From: Scyliorhinus canicula | Taxonomy: Eukaryota | Length of the DNA: 64,000 nucleotides | Direction: 5' to 3' | NCBI RefSeq assembly: GCF_902713615.1 | Contig: NW_024055785.1 | Coordinates: forward strand, 186,001 to 250,000 | Shown: positions 10,735-22,395 of the stretch, one piece after another | How the letters are laid out: every line of letters begins with the position of its first letter | How positions within the stretch are numbered: position 1 is the stretch's first letter | Position numbers and translations under genes: made by a program | Notes under the pieces: generated by a model | What the model was told of the DNA's origin: nothing | The model's database searches: none | The model's input: the letters and a program-made list of their open reading frames with translations, nothing else

Positions 10735-11293
10735 TTAATTATAGAAGAGAGCATTTCGCCGTTAGAGATTTGCTGAACAAATTCTTCTGGCTTGTAAGTT
10801 TAGACATCTGTTTGAAAGAAACAGACTTGTTCTTGTAAGAAGTGACATGGCCTCTCAGCCGAACCATGAGAAGCTGCAACAATACAGTATGAATTGTTTG
10901 CGATTCTGACGGCGGGGTTGATTTACATTGGCCCACTGTGAAAAAGATTTCTCAGGACTCGGGATGTTTCCGTCGTTTCTCTCCGCACAGATGATGATCG
11001 ACTTTATTCAGCAGTTTCTGTTTTTATTTTATATGTCTTGCTTCGGCAGTATTTTGCTTTATATTCGATCCAGGTTGAATGAAACCAAATTGCTGGGCAG
11101 CGAGCATCTAAGTACCAGAGTCTTTGGTGAGTTGATGTCGGAGTGGAAATTTGTTCAGAGAGATAGTGTCTGAGCTGGAGTGCGTTTGGATAGAATTGAT
11201 GCTCCAGATCTGCGTTAATTTAACAGGGACGTGACCCATCTAATCTACAGAGCCAAAGTGGAGAATTGAACTGACTGGAGAGCTGGAGCTCTC

Positions 11294-11340
11294 TTCATTC
11301 ACCTGAGGAAGGAGCGGTGCTCCGAAAGCTAGTGTTTGAA
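11294..11340 (+). ncRNA. Minimal type I hammerhead ribozyme motif in a Penelope-type repeat
   Basis: ttca-tt-cac / CTGAGGA / a / ggagc-ggt-gctcc / GAAA-GCT-A / gtg-tt-tgaa: conserved core, stem II hairpin, palindromic AGCU stem III and a stem I pairing. Confidence 0.6.
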
Positions 11341-13383
11341 ACAAACATGTTGGTCTTTAACCTGGTGTTGTAAGATATCTTAGAGGAAAGACAGCACCCT
11401 CGATTGAACATCTAATCCGAGAGCGATGCACCGCTACCTGAAAACTGCACAAAGGCACCAGCATAGATCATTGGGCTCACGTCTCTGTACAGGGAGTAGA
11501 AGCCTGCAGTTTTTGATTCAGAGACGAGGGGGCTAACAACAGAGCATCGCCTGACAAATGGGGTTTGCAGCTAAGCACTTGTGCTGGTAATTCGTAGGTA
11601 CCTTTATCTTTATGATGAGAAACATGAGATGTACAGCGAGCTGATTACAAGCTTTTATATGGTCCGACTAATGTCTGACAGATGGGTGAGCAGCCCCACC
11701 GGGCGTGCGGCCACTCGCTCTCCCTGAACACCAGGCAGGTTTCCATCAGGGGCCCCTCAGTACGATCCCGGATTCTTGTTCCTGACAGACTGCCGGGTTC
11801 CTGTTAAGCGGAATGAATCTTAAAACAGTGTTTGGAGGGAATTCGGGAAATCGCAGGAGCTGACCACAAACCATCAAAGCAATCCCGGAACCGCAGATTC
11901 ATGTAAAGGAATGGAAATTATGAAATACACTTTACTGATCACCGCAGAAACAGGTGGACAATGAATTTAACTACAAGAACCATATATCGAATGAAAAGAG
12001 ACAAAAGAAAATGTTATAGACTCCGGATGTCTGTAAAACCCTGCAATCACAGGAAGCACAATCCCAGTGTAATCACTGTTGCGATGTTCGAAATCATGCT
12101 GAACATAGAGGACGGTGGAAATGTTTAATTCTCTGTCAGTAAGAGTTGTCATTCCGATCCTTGAGTAAAGGGCCTTCCTTATTGCCAAAGTGAGCCCCAG
12201 ATTCTCCGGATAATTTGAATTCGTGGCAAATAACAACCAGAACATTTTGTAATGGAACGATGGACGCCCTTTTTCTGTTTCTCGCTCTTTATCTCTCTCT
12301 TTACAATAAATTGAGGATCTATATTGGGCAGTAACATGTGCCGTCACATTCAGACTACCCAGTGACTTTTTACTACAATAATGGACAGAGTGCACTCCCA
12401 GTCTCCTGTGCCATCCTACACATCTCCCAGGTACCAGACATCAGATGGCGCTGGATGACCCTGGACTTCCCTCAGATTGGCCCATGACTTTTCCTGACAA
12501 AGTGCTGCAGTAGTTTCTGTTGCCTCTTGCAGCATGGCTGACCAGGAAACTCTCCAGCTCTTACCACCTACCATTAGTCATATTGGAAGAAGTGGCAAGC
12601 TGATAATCGTCGTGTGTGGCCAGGCAAGGAGCACAACCTCTGCAGCCATAAAGCCCTGGAGTGGTATTGAAACGCAGAACTTCCGGCCCAGAAGACGTGC
12701 TTCAGTGCCTGAGAATCCGTATTTCACATTTTTATTCTTGCCCGAAATGTGGTTGTGGTGAAGCGTCACAGATATTTCCTGTAATCCCAGCTGTCACCTG
12801 TAACAGCGGTGAACTAACTGACAGCTCGTCAGGCTTAAACCAAAGAGAAGATCTCGCAACGTTAACTGGTGGAATTATGTCTGTGAAACAACGATTCTCA
12901 GTGTATTCACGAATATTGCTGCAGGATATTGGTGAATTATTATCATCAAAGTGTTATTATTGCTTTGGTCCTGTATCTGATGCCTTGTTCGTTGTTTTTC
13001 TTTTGCTATATTTTCTACTTAATATTGACCGAGATCACTTGTCTCAGCTTTCTGACGTGCTTTCCTTGTTGCCAAAGTCTGTGTTCATTTACATAAATAA
13101 ATGAACTGAAAAAACTCATTAAACTGTTAAGTTTGGATGTTCATTTGGAAAGAATGGAAGTCTTGAAAGCACCCTAATCATCAACGATGTCAAAAAATGT
13201 AAATAAGCCACTGTATCAAAAAGTGATTGATATTGTTCTGTGGGTTAATCTGCAAGTCACATTATTGGAAATAACACATATTTTTAATTCCATTAAATCA
13301 CACGGATGAAAAACATTTTGTTTGGATCACTCTCATTTCCACTGCACACGGGCTGGTTGTCTCCACGGTCCTCATGTCGAGTG

Positions 13384-13705
13384 CGTTCTTGTACAGGCTC
13401 CTCATCTCTTAATTTTACAGTGTCTCACTGCACTGTAATACACTGCAGCGTCTGACAGCTCAACCTTGTTAACACTGTTAACCTTGTTAAAACATTCTCA
13501 CTGTCCACAGACATTTAAACCTTCCCTCAACTCTTCCATCTCTGAATGTGGAGACCAGATACTTGAGAACCTGATTGGAGAACTGCCGGTACCAGAATAC
13601 AAAGTAATTTGTAGTGAGAGTAACATTGTGATGAAGCGAGATGGTCGTTCCTTCTGTTACCCGAGACATCGATCTGTGAAATGTCTCCGAGGTGACAAGG
13701 AACAG
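13384..13705 (-). pseudogene. TCR V pseudogene (frameshifts, second Cys changed to Ser) with a degenerate 23-RSS
   Basis: Acceptor aaacag, then GDISQ / VTEGTTISL...FVFWYRQFSNQVLKYL...VELSDAAVYYSAVR. RSS CACTGTA + 23 + ACAAGAACG at 13384-13422. Confidence 0.75.
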
Positions 13706-14430
13706 CTGTTTAAACAAGAATAACATTAATGCTATGATACATACAGGATCATTAACTAAAGTACTTGAGTACATAGGCAGAATAAACTAATCTATCTGTT
13801 TATCTATATACCTATCCGCCTCCCCGTCTGTCTATCCATCTATCTAACTACTATCAATCTGTTTAGCTGCATACTTGTTTATCTAACTTTCTCTCGCATA
13901 TCGGTCTACCTGGTATCTGAGAAAGTTCATTGTTCCGCATACATTTGTGGAACAACCAAAAAATATGTTGAGACATTCTGCAACTGGCATAGAAGCTATT
14001 GGATATTGTAACTCTATCCATATAGAGTTACCCCTCCTTTCATATACATGAACGGTATTTAGGCTGCAACATGTTACACACCAAACCACAAAGAGGTCAA
14101 ATATAAGAAACACATAATTGTCAATTCTTAAACTCAACTCAAGCATTGAATAATGAAACAAATATTGAGTAAAGTCGGTTGCTTTATTCTGTAGGATTTA
14201 AGAATGCTGCATTAATAATAGAAGAGAGCTTTTCGCCGTTAGAGATTTGTTGAACAAATTCTTCAGTTCAATATAGGTTCGTCTTCTGGCTTGTAAGTTT
14301 ACAACATTTGTTTTAAAGAAACAGACGTGTCTTGGAAAAAGTGACATGGCCTCAGCCGAACTACGCGAAGCTGCAACAAGGCTGTTGTGTTGAAGATGGC
14401 ACAAGTCCGTTAGCGTCTGCGTTGCCAGCT

Positions 14431-14503
14431 GTTTCTGTAGTGTAGTGGTTATCACATTCGCTTTACACGCGAATGGTCCCCGGTTCGAAACCGGGCTGAA
14501 ACA
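14431..14503 (+). tRNA. tRNA-Val-TAC: tRNA-Val(TAC), one acceptor mismatch
   Basis: Anticodon arm TTCGC TT TAC AC GCGAA; intact B box; TTTT ~14 nt downstream. Confidence 0.8.
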
Positions 14504-14597
14504 TCTGGTGCTTCCAGTTTAGTATGTTGCTAAATATGATCTCAATCTCGTAACTAGTCTGCATCATCGAGAAATAGCAAAACTTTGGAACTACTGT

Positions 14598-14653
14598 GGG
14601 CTAGTGGCGCAATGGATAACGCGTCTGAGTACGTTCGACTCCTGGCTGGCTCG
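14598..14653 (+). pseudogene. tRNA-Arg(ACG) pseudogene with a 17-nt deletion
   Basis: GGGCTAGTGGCGCAATGGATAACGCGTCTGAGTAC/GTTCGACTCCTGGCTGGCTCG. Confidence 0.75.
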
Positions 14654-14981
14654 CGGTTCAAAATTTTGGTGTCCCCTTTGGTTCAGTGGGTTGGACAGCT
14701 GGTTCCCGATGCAGAGCAAAGTGAGCAGGGCATCATCAATTCTCGTTTCAGCTGCGGATACCTATGAAAGCCCCGCCCTCTCAATTTAACTTCAAGCAAA
14801 ACATAACTTATCTCCAGTTCAGCAAAGTTCAATATCTGATCCTTTGATAAGTTGAGAGATCGGTTTTAAAGAAACGCTTCTTGCAATAAGTTACATGGCC
14901 TCTCAGCGGAACCATTAGAAGCTGCAACAATACATTGAGGTTCAACATTACACTGGGCCACTGATTGTGATCCTCCCTGCA

Positions 14982-15054
14982 GTTTGTGTAGTGTAGTGGT
15001 CATCACATTCGCCTAACACGCGAAAAGTCCCCGGTTCGAAACCGGGCAGAAACA
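14982..15054 (+). tRNA. tRNA-Val-AAC: tRNA-Val(AAC), one acceptor mismatch
   Basis: Anticodon arm TTCGC CT AAC AC GCGAA; intact T arm. Confidence 0.8.
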
Positions 15055-15364
15055 TCCCGTGCTTCTCATTTTGTGTGACGAATGTTTGCACAAAATACCT
15101 TTCTTCCTCAATCTCGCACGTTCGAGGAACATGAGATTTGGTCTCGCATGAGATAATAAAATTCCTGCAACAAAGTCAGAAATACTGAATTTTCAATACG
15201 CTGGGGGAAGAAAAGCCTATTTTGCCACGATTCGGATATCAGCGGTTTGTTCATCCACCACAGAAACTATTGGGTTTACAGATGCAGATGAACATATTTA
15301 ATCACCATTTCAAACATGTCTAAATGTACGATAAAAGCAACTTATTGCGTATGCGTCAATGGGA

Positions 15365-16165
15365 AAGAAAAACAGAAAACACAGGACAGTCTCATCAGGT
15401 CTGACAGCCTCTGTGGAGAGAGATGGCAAGTGTCGTTTCGAGTCTGGGTGACTCTTTGTCGAAGCTGGACAACTGGATCTTTGGTCAGGTGTAGACTGGT
15501 GGAGTGTGTGGGGGAAGTGGGGGGGGTGGGGTTGAGGGGGGGAGGGGAGCGTGAAGCATTGGGCCTCGACAGACGGCCAGCGATGGGTGGAGAATAACAA
15601 AAATGTGTTGGGTCGAAAGAAAAAGGGAATGTAAATGTTTCTAATCAGTGTTAAGAACTGTGCTGACAGGGGCGATTAGAAGATTAGAATGTGTTAATGG
15701 CAGATGACAATGAGGAACAAGGGGCGGATTTCCCAAGAGAGATGCGATTGGCTAGGGGAATGGGGAGTGGAGATAATAGGAGAGGAAGACATCAATGGAA
15801 GCAATGAAAATAAGTTGATGGAAAGAAACATGTGGTGAAGTGGGAAGAGTGATTTGACGGTGCGAATTTGTTGAACGTACTGTAAAATCCGCAAGGCTGT
15901 ACCGTGCCTACTCGGAGGATGGGGGCTGTTCCTCGGTGTTGTGCTGAGCTACATGGGAACATTGCTGCAGGCCAAGATCGGACATGTGGACATGAGAGCA
16001 GGACAGTGAGTTCAAATAGCAAGCGACAGGAGAGTCTGCCACCAGCTTGTCGATGGAGCGAAGGTGTTTTGAAAAGCGGTCATCCAGTCGGCATTTAGTT
16101 TCTCCAATGCAGAGAAGATGGCATTGGGATCAGCAAATGCAACAGGCCAGATTGAAGGATGTCTG
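15365..16165 (-). mobile_element. Penelope-like 3' relic within the 2.3-kb array unit
   Basis: Decayed GIY-YIG reading and the PLE 3' end (tctctctccacagaggctgtcagacctg). Confidence 0.75.
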
Positions 16166-16734
16166 AAAGTAATGTGTACTCAAAAGGACAGACACAAACG
16201 ATACTGTAACTGACTTAGAGGAAATGCCAGAGACTTAACTGAATCAGCTTTGGGAAAGAAAAAACGGTCTTCCTGATGGAGAAACAGGAAAAGCCACTGT
16301 GGGAATCCAGGCTCAAAGTTGATTTACAATTACCCCTCCTTTCTTCTACATGAACGGTATTCAGGCTGCAGCATTTTACACACCAAAACGCAAAGATGTC
16401 AAATATAAGAAACACATAATTGTCAATTCTTAAACTCAACTCCAGCATTGAATAACGAAACAAATATTGTGTAAAGTCGGTTGCTTTTTTCTGAAGGATT
16501 TCAGAATGCTGCATTAATAATAGAAGAGAGCATTTCGCCGTTAGAGATTTCCTGAACAAATTCTTCAGTTCAATATAGGTTCTTCTACTGGCTTGTAAGT
16601 TTAGACATCTGTTTTAAAGAAATAGACGTGTTCTTGTCAGAAGTGACATGGCCTCTCAGCCGAACCATGCGAAGCTGCAACAAGGCAGTTGAGTTGAAGG
16701 TGGCAAAGGCCCGTTGGAGTCTGCGCTGCCAGCT

Positions 16735-16807
16735 GTTTCTGTAGTGTAGTGGTTATCACATTCGCTTTACACGCGAATGGTCCCCGGTTCGAAACCGGTC
16801 AGAAACA
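16735..16807 (+). tRNA. tRNA-Val-TAC: tRNA-Val(TAC), one T-stem mismatch
   Basis: Same body as 14431, located 2304 bp downstream. Confidence 0.78.
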
Positions 16808-16901
16808 TCTGGTGTTTCCAGTTTAATCTGTCGCTAAATATTACCTCAATCTCGTAACTGGTCTTCATCATCGAGGAATAGCAAAAACTTATAACTGCTG
16901 T

Positions 16902-16974
16902 GGGCCACTGGCCCAATAGATAACGCGCCTGACCTCGAATCAAGCGATTCCATGTTCGACTCCTGGTTGGCTTG
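16902..16974 (+). pseudogene. Degenerate tRNA-Arg-derived copy (anticodon TCG, C33)
   Basis: Arg-ACG body with many substitutions; loop CC TCG AA. Confidence 0.65.
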
Positions 16975-17309
16975 CAGTTCCTATCTTGGCGTCCCTTTTA
17001 GTTCAATGGGTTGGACAGCTGGTTTCCGATGCAGAGCAAAGTGAGCAGGGCATCATCAATTCTCGTTTCAGCTGTGGTTACTTATGACCACTTACTTACT
17101 CCACCTCTCAATTTAACTTCAAGCAAAACATAACTTATCTCCAGTTCAGCAAAGTTCAATATCTGATCCTTTGATAAGTTGAGACATCAGTTTTAAAGAA
17201 ACGGCTTCTTCCAATAAGTTTAATGGCCTCTCAGCAGAACCGTTAGAAGCTGCAACAATACATTGAGGATCAACATTGCACACGTCCGCTGATTGCGATG
17301 CTGCCAGCA

Positions 17310-17382
17310 GTTTCTGTAGTGTAGTGGTTATTACATTCGCCTAACACGCGAAAAGTCCCTGGTTCGAAACCGTGCAGGAACA
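17310..17382 (+). pseudogene. tRNA-Val(AAC) degenerate copy
   Basis: Val body with T-stem and D-stem mismatches. Confidence 0.7.
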
Positions 17383-18181
17383 TCGCGTTTTTCTCATTTT
17401 GTGTGACGAATGTTTGCACAAAATACGTTTCTTCCTCAATCTCGCACGTTCGAGGAACATGAGATTTGGTCTCGCATGAGATATTAAAATTCCTGCAACA
17501 AAGTCAGAAATACGGAATTTTCAAGACGCCAGGGGAAGAAAAGCCTTCCCTATTTTGCCACGCTTCGGAAATTAGCAGTTTGTTCATGCGCCACAGAATC
17601 TTTTGGTTTTACAGATGCAGATGAACATATTTAATCACCATTTCAAACATGTCTAAATGTACGATAAAAGCAACTTACTGCGTATGCGTCAATGGGAAAG
17701 AAAAACAGAAAACACAGGCCGTCTCATCAGGTCTGACAGCATCTGTGGAGAGAGATGGTAAGTGTCGTTTCGAGTCTGGGTGACTCTTTGTCGAAGCGAA
17801 GACGGCGCAATTCATTCACATTGGGTTTGCTTTGAGAAGCTGAGCTCAAACTGCATGTCATTATTCTCTGATTTGATGCCATCCTAACTCTGTGGCCAGG
17901 GTCCCAATGCCTCTTCTCATTTATTCTCTCCTGACTTGCCCCCCCATTAGAGCCCTTTCCTGTTGTTCTGTTTCCTCCCTCCGGTAATTCACTTGGTTAA
18001 GACGTACCACATTTCTAACCTGTCCCGGTTTTAATGAAAGGTGATGGTGAAAGACGAACTTTGCTGTCCTGTCGACAAATGCCGCCTGAGTCCCTGAGAT
18101 GTTGCAGTACTTTTGGCGTTCTCCGCAGATCTTAGATTGATTTTCGATGGCAATGACAGTATGCTTTGCCTCTTTTGGCGG

Positions 18182-18271
18182 GGCTCGTTGGTCTAGGGGT
18201 ATGATTCTCGCTTTGGGTGTGTCGCTGTCGGAATTTGCGAGAGGCCCCGGGTTCAAATCCCGGACGAGCCC
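18182..18271 (+). tRNA. tRNA-Pro-TGG: Intron-containing tRNA-Pro(TGG), best copy; intron 18218-18235
   Basis: Removing TGTGTCGCTGTCGGAATT gives GGCTCGTTGGTCTAGGGGTATGATTCTCGCTTTGGGTGCGAGAGGCCCCGGGTTCAAATCCCGGACGAGCCC, one variable-loop change from canonical vertebrate Pro-TGG. TTTT terminator at 18282-18285. Confidence 0.88.
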
Positions 18272-19321
18272 TACGATTAGGTTTTCCTTTGGTCAAACCG
18301 CATGTTTTCTTCATTTCTTTGCGGCGGAGACAGCGGGATTCATTCACATTGTGTTTGCTTTGAGAAGCTGAGCTCAAGCTGCATGGAACCAATACGTTCC
18401 CGAGAAGTTTGTCGATGTGTGGGCATTCACATTTCTATTGACTAATTCTGGTGGACTCAGACAGCTCTTTGTCCCTTTCACTTTATCAGTTCAACAACTT
18501 CAGACTGTGAACTCTCACTTCCCCCTTCATCACATGTTTTTTCCATCAACTTATCATCCCATCCATTGATATGTTTTACCCTCAGCATCGCCCACCTCCC
18601 ACCAGCCCATACCATCCTACTTCAGCAATCTGATCCCTGTTTGTAATTGTTCTCTGACGCACTGCTTACCTTTGTTCTGCCATTAACACATTCTGACCGC
18701 TTGATGCACCATCAGCACCTTTCATAGCCTTGATTAGCCTCATTTACATTCCCTTTTTCATTCTGCCCGAGATATTTTCGTCATTTCCCACCTATTGCTA
18801 GCCCTCTATCGAGACCCAATACAGCACTCCACCACCCCCACCCCCCACCCACAATCGTCTGAATCTCCAGTTCCAGTTCTCCAGCTTTGACAAAGAGTCC
18901 ACTTGACTGGAAACGACAGCTGCCATTTCGCTCCCCAGAGGCTGTCAGACCTGCTGAGATTATCCAGTATTTTCTGTTTTTGTTTCCGTTTGAAGCATCC
19001 GCAGTAAGTTGCATTTGTCACACATTTAGACATGTTTGAGATGGTGATTAAATATGTTCATTTGTAAATCGCTGAAACTCTGTTGTGGATGAACTAGCTG
19101 CTAATATCCGAGCTGTGCCAAGATATGAAAATTCTTCACCTCTCATTGCCTGCCGAAAATTCAGTGCTTGGGCCTTAATGTTCAATTCAGTGTAGTGGCT
19201 CGTGTGAGACGAAATTTCATAGTCCTGGAACACACGAGAATCCGGAAACATTCAGGAAATAGAATTATTTTGTGCCCAATAATTGTGCAAACTTTTCTCA
19301 CACGAAATGCTAAATGTTGGA

Positions 19322-19394
19322 TGTTTCTGCCCGGTTTCGAACCGGGGACCTTTCGCGTGTGAGGCAAATGTGATAACCACTACACTACAGAAAC
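19322..19394 (-). tRNA. tRNA-Val-CAC: tRNA-Val(CAC), near-intact
   Basis: Reverse complement GTTTCTGTAGTGTAGTGGTTATCACATTTGCCTCACACGCGAAAGGTCCCCGGTTCGAAACCGGGCAGAAACA; all stems pair, with one G-U. Confidence 0.88.
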
Positions 19395-21234
19395 CGCTGG
19401 CAATCAATGGACGTGCGGAATGTACAACCTCACTGTGTTGCTGCAGATTCTGATGGTCTGTTTGAGAGGCCAGGTCCCTTGTTGCAAGCGACAGCTGTTT
19501 CTGAAATTAGCAGATGTCTCAACATATAATGCCGGGCAGGAGAGTCAGAAGTCTGAGAACACGGACGAACAGACTCAAAAACAGCTTCTTCCCCACTGTC
19601 ACCAGACTCCTAAATGACCCTCTTATGGACTGACCTCATTAACACTACACCCGTGTCTGCTTCATCCGATGCCAATGCTGATGTAGTACATTGTATATAT
19701 TGTGTTGCCCTATTATGTATTCTCATGTATTTTCTTGAATTCTGTTTAATTCCCTTTTCTTCCCATGTACTGAATGGTCTGTTGACCTTCTTTCAGAAAA
19801 ATACTTTTCACTGTACCTCGGTACACGTGACAATAAACAAATCCAATCCAATCCAATCCGTGAGATGTAGAAATTATATCGATATTAACATAAATGATAT
19901 TTTGCTGAATGTCGGTCTTAAATTTGTGCTCTTTGGTCTCGAGGTCTGGTTCTCGTTTAAGGATTTTCAATCAATGCCTATGGGAGTGGTCGTTGGTTTA
20001 AATCCAGGACAGGCTCTTTACTCCAGTTCAGAGATTACGAATTGTTTGCGATGCTGGCGGCGGGGTTGATTTACATTGGCCCACTCTGAAAAAGATTTCT
20101 CAGGACTCGGAATGTTTACGTCGTTTCTCTCCCCACAGATGATGCCCGAGAGAGAGAGAGACAGTGTCTGAGCTGGAGTGCGTTTGGATAAAATTGATGC
20201 TCCAGATCTGTGTTAACCACAGGGACGTGACCCATCTAATCCACAGAGCCAAAGTGGAGAATTGAACTGACTGGGGAGCTGGATCTTAACGCTGACCTCC
20301 CGGACCTCGGCGTCGTGAAATGTTCCGAAGAAGCTCAACAGCCACTCGAGGAACAGCAGCGCATCTTTCCACTGGGCTCAATACAGCTTTCACACTCAGT
20401 GTGTGTTCAGTAGTTTCACACTGTAAATGCTGCACCCATTTTGTGTGTCCTCACATCGCAGATTTGGGTTTGAATCTTGTTTCCACTTGTTCTTTGTTTC
20501 CGGGCGGTAGTTGATCAATCTGCTATCGATAGCTCCTCCAGACATATCTTTTGTTTCTTTGTTTCTTCCATTGCGCTAACAGAGAGCTGGCACAGACACG
20601 GCGGCCGGAATGGCCTCATACTGTGGTGTCATTATTCTCTGATTTGATGCTCACCTAACTCTGTGGCCAGGGTCCCAAGGCCTCTTCTCATTTAATCTCT
20701 CCTGACTTGCCCCCCATTAGAGCCCTTTCCTGTTGTTCTGTTTCCTCCCTCCGGGAGTTCACTTGGTTAAGACGTGTCACATTTCTAACCTGTCCCGGTT
20801 TTAATGAAAGGTGATGGTGAAAGACGAACTTTGTTGTCCTGTCGACAAACGCCGCCTGACTACCTGAGATGTTGCAGTACTTTTGGCGTTCTCCGCAGAT
20901 GTTAGATTGATTTTCGATTGCAATGACAGTATGCTTTAGCTCTTTTCGCGGGGCTCGTTCTGCCATTAACACATTCTGACCTCTTAATGCGCCATCAGCA
21001 TCTTTCATCGCCTTGATTAGCCTCATTTACATTCCCTTTTTCTTTCTGTCCGAGACATTTTCGTCATTTCCCACCTATTGCTAGCCCTCTATCGAGGCCC
21101 AATACAGCACTCCACCACCCCCACCCCCCACCCACAATCGTCTGAATCTCCAATTCCAGTTCTCCAGCTTTGACAAAGAGTCCACTTGACTGGAAACGAC
21201 AGCTGCCATTTCGCTCCGCAGACAGCGTGTAGGT

Positions 21235-22010
21235 TCGTTATTTACAGAGATCTCTGGATAGTATATCCTTATTTAGAGTGGTCCCTGGCCAGTATATCAT
21301 TATTTCCAGTGATCCCTGGTAAAATGTCATTCTTTACACTGGCCCCTGTATAGTACATCATTACTGACAACGGTCCCAGCGTGTAATTTCATTATTTACA
21401 GTGGTCCCTGTGTCGTATATCATTAGTTACAGGGGTCCCTGGGTAGTGTATCATTATTTACAGTGGTCCCTGACTACTATTCTATTATTTCAGTGGTCCC
21501 TGGGCAGTATATCATTATTTACAGTGGTCCCTGGGTAGGATATCATTATTTACAGTGTCCCTGGTTACCATTCTATTATTTAAGTGGCCCCTGGGCAGTA
21601 TATAATTATTTACTGTGGTCCTTGTGTAGTATATAATTATTTACAGTGGTCCCTGGGTAGGATATCATTATTTATAGTGGTCCCTGTGTAGTATATCATT
21701 ATTTACAGTGGTCCCTGGGTAGGATATCATTATTTACAGAGGTCCCTGGGTAGTATATCATTATTTGCCGTGGTATCTTGGCAATATATCATTATTTACA
21801 GATGTCCTCTGAAGTTCATCATTATTTACCAAGGTTCTAGGGTGGAATTTCATTATTAACAGTGCTCCCTGGAAACTATATTATCATTTACAGTGGTCAC
21901 TGGGTGATATATCTTTATTTACAGTGTTGCCTGTGTAGTATACCATTATTTACAGTGGCCCTCGGTAGTATATCATTAGTACAGTGGTCCCTGGGTAGAA
22001 TATCATTATT
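21235..22010. repeat. Minisatellite, ~33-35-bp unit (tatcattatttacagtggtccctgggtagta)
   Basis: More than 20 degenerate tandem copies. Confidence 0.9.
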
Positions 22011-22013
22011 TCA

Positions 22014-22190
22014 GGGGCTGGTTTAGCTCACAAGGCTAAATCGCTGGCTTTTAAAGCAGACCAAGCAGGCCAGCAGCACGGTTCGATTCCCGTACCAGCC
22101 TCCCCGGACAGGCGCCGGAATGTGGCGACTAGGGGCTTTTCACAGTAACTTCATTGAAGCCTACTCGTGACAATAAGCGATTTTCATTTC
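22014..22190 (+). mobile_element. Complete copy of the second tRNA-derived SINE family, with a TSD-like tatcattattt flank
   Basis: Cloverleaf head 22016-22100 and (tttca)n tail; inserted into the minisatellite. Confidence 0.85.
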
Positions 22191-22395
22191 ATATCATTAT
22201 TTACTGTGGGCCATGGTCAGTACGTCATTATTTGTAGTGCGTCGCACATCACTATTTACAGCGGTTCCTCTTTCACCTGTGATTATCCCTCTCTCTGGAT
22301 CTGTAATGATTTGATTACCTGCAAATGCTCGCATTCCAAGCATTGTCCGGCATCTCTGACTTTGTCTATATAAATGTTTCTGGAACATACCTTGC

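Noticed and set aside
18885-18925. Hammerhead-like remnants in the Penelope 3' ends of the array units (also ~20800-20830 and similar)
   Set aside because: The core has decayed (TTTGACAA or TTAATGAA for CUGANGA; GAAACGAC), so it is unlikely to be catalytic.
21235-22010. Regular repeats superficially like a CRISPR array
   Set aside because: Eukaryotic DNA with head-to-tail degenerate units and no unique spacers.
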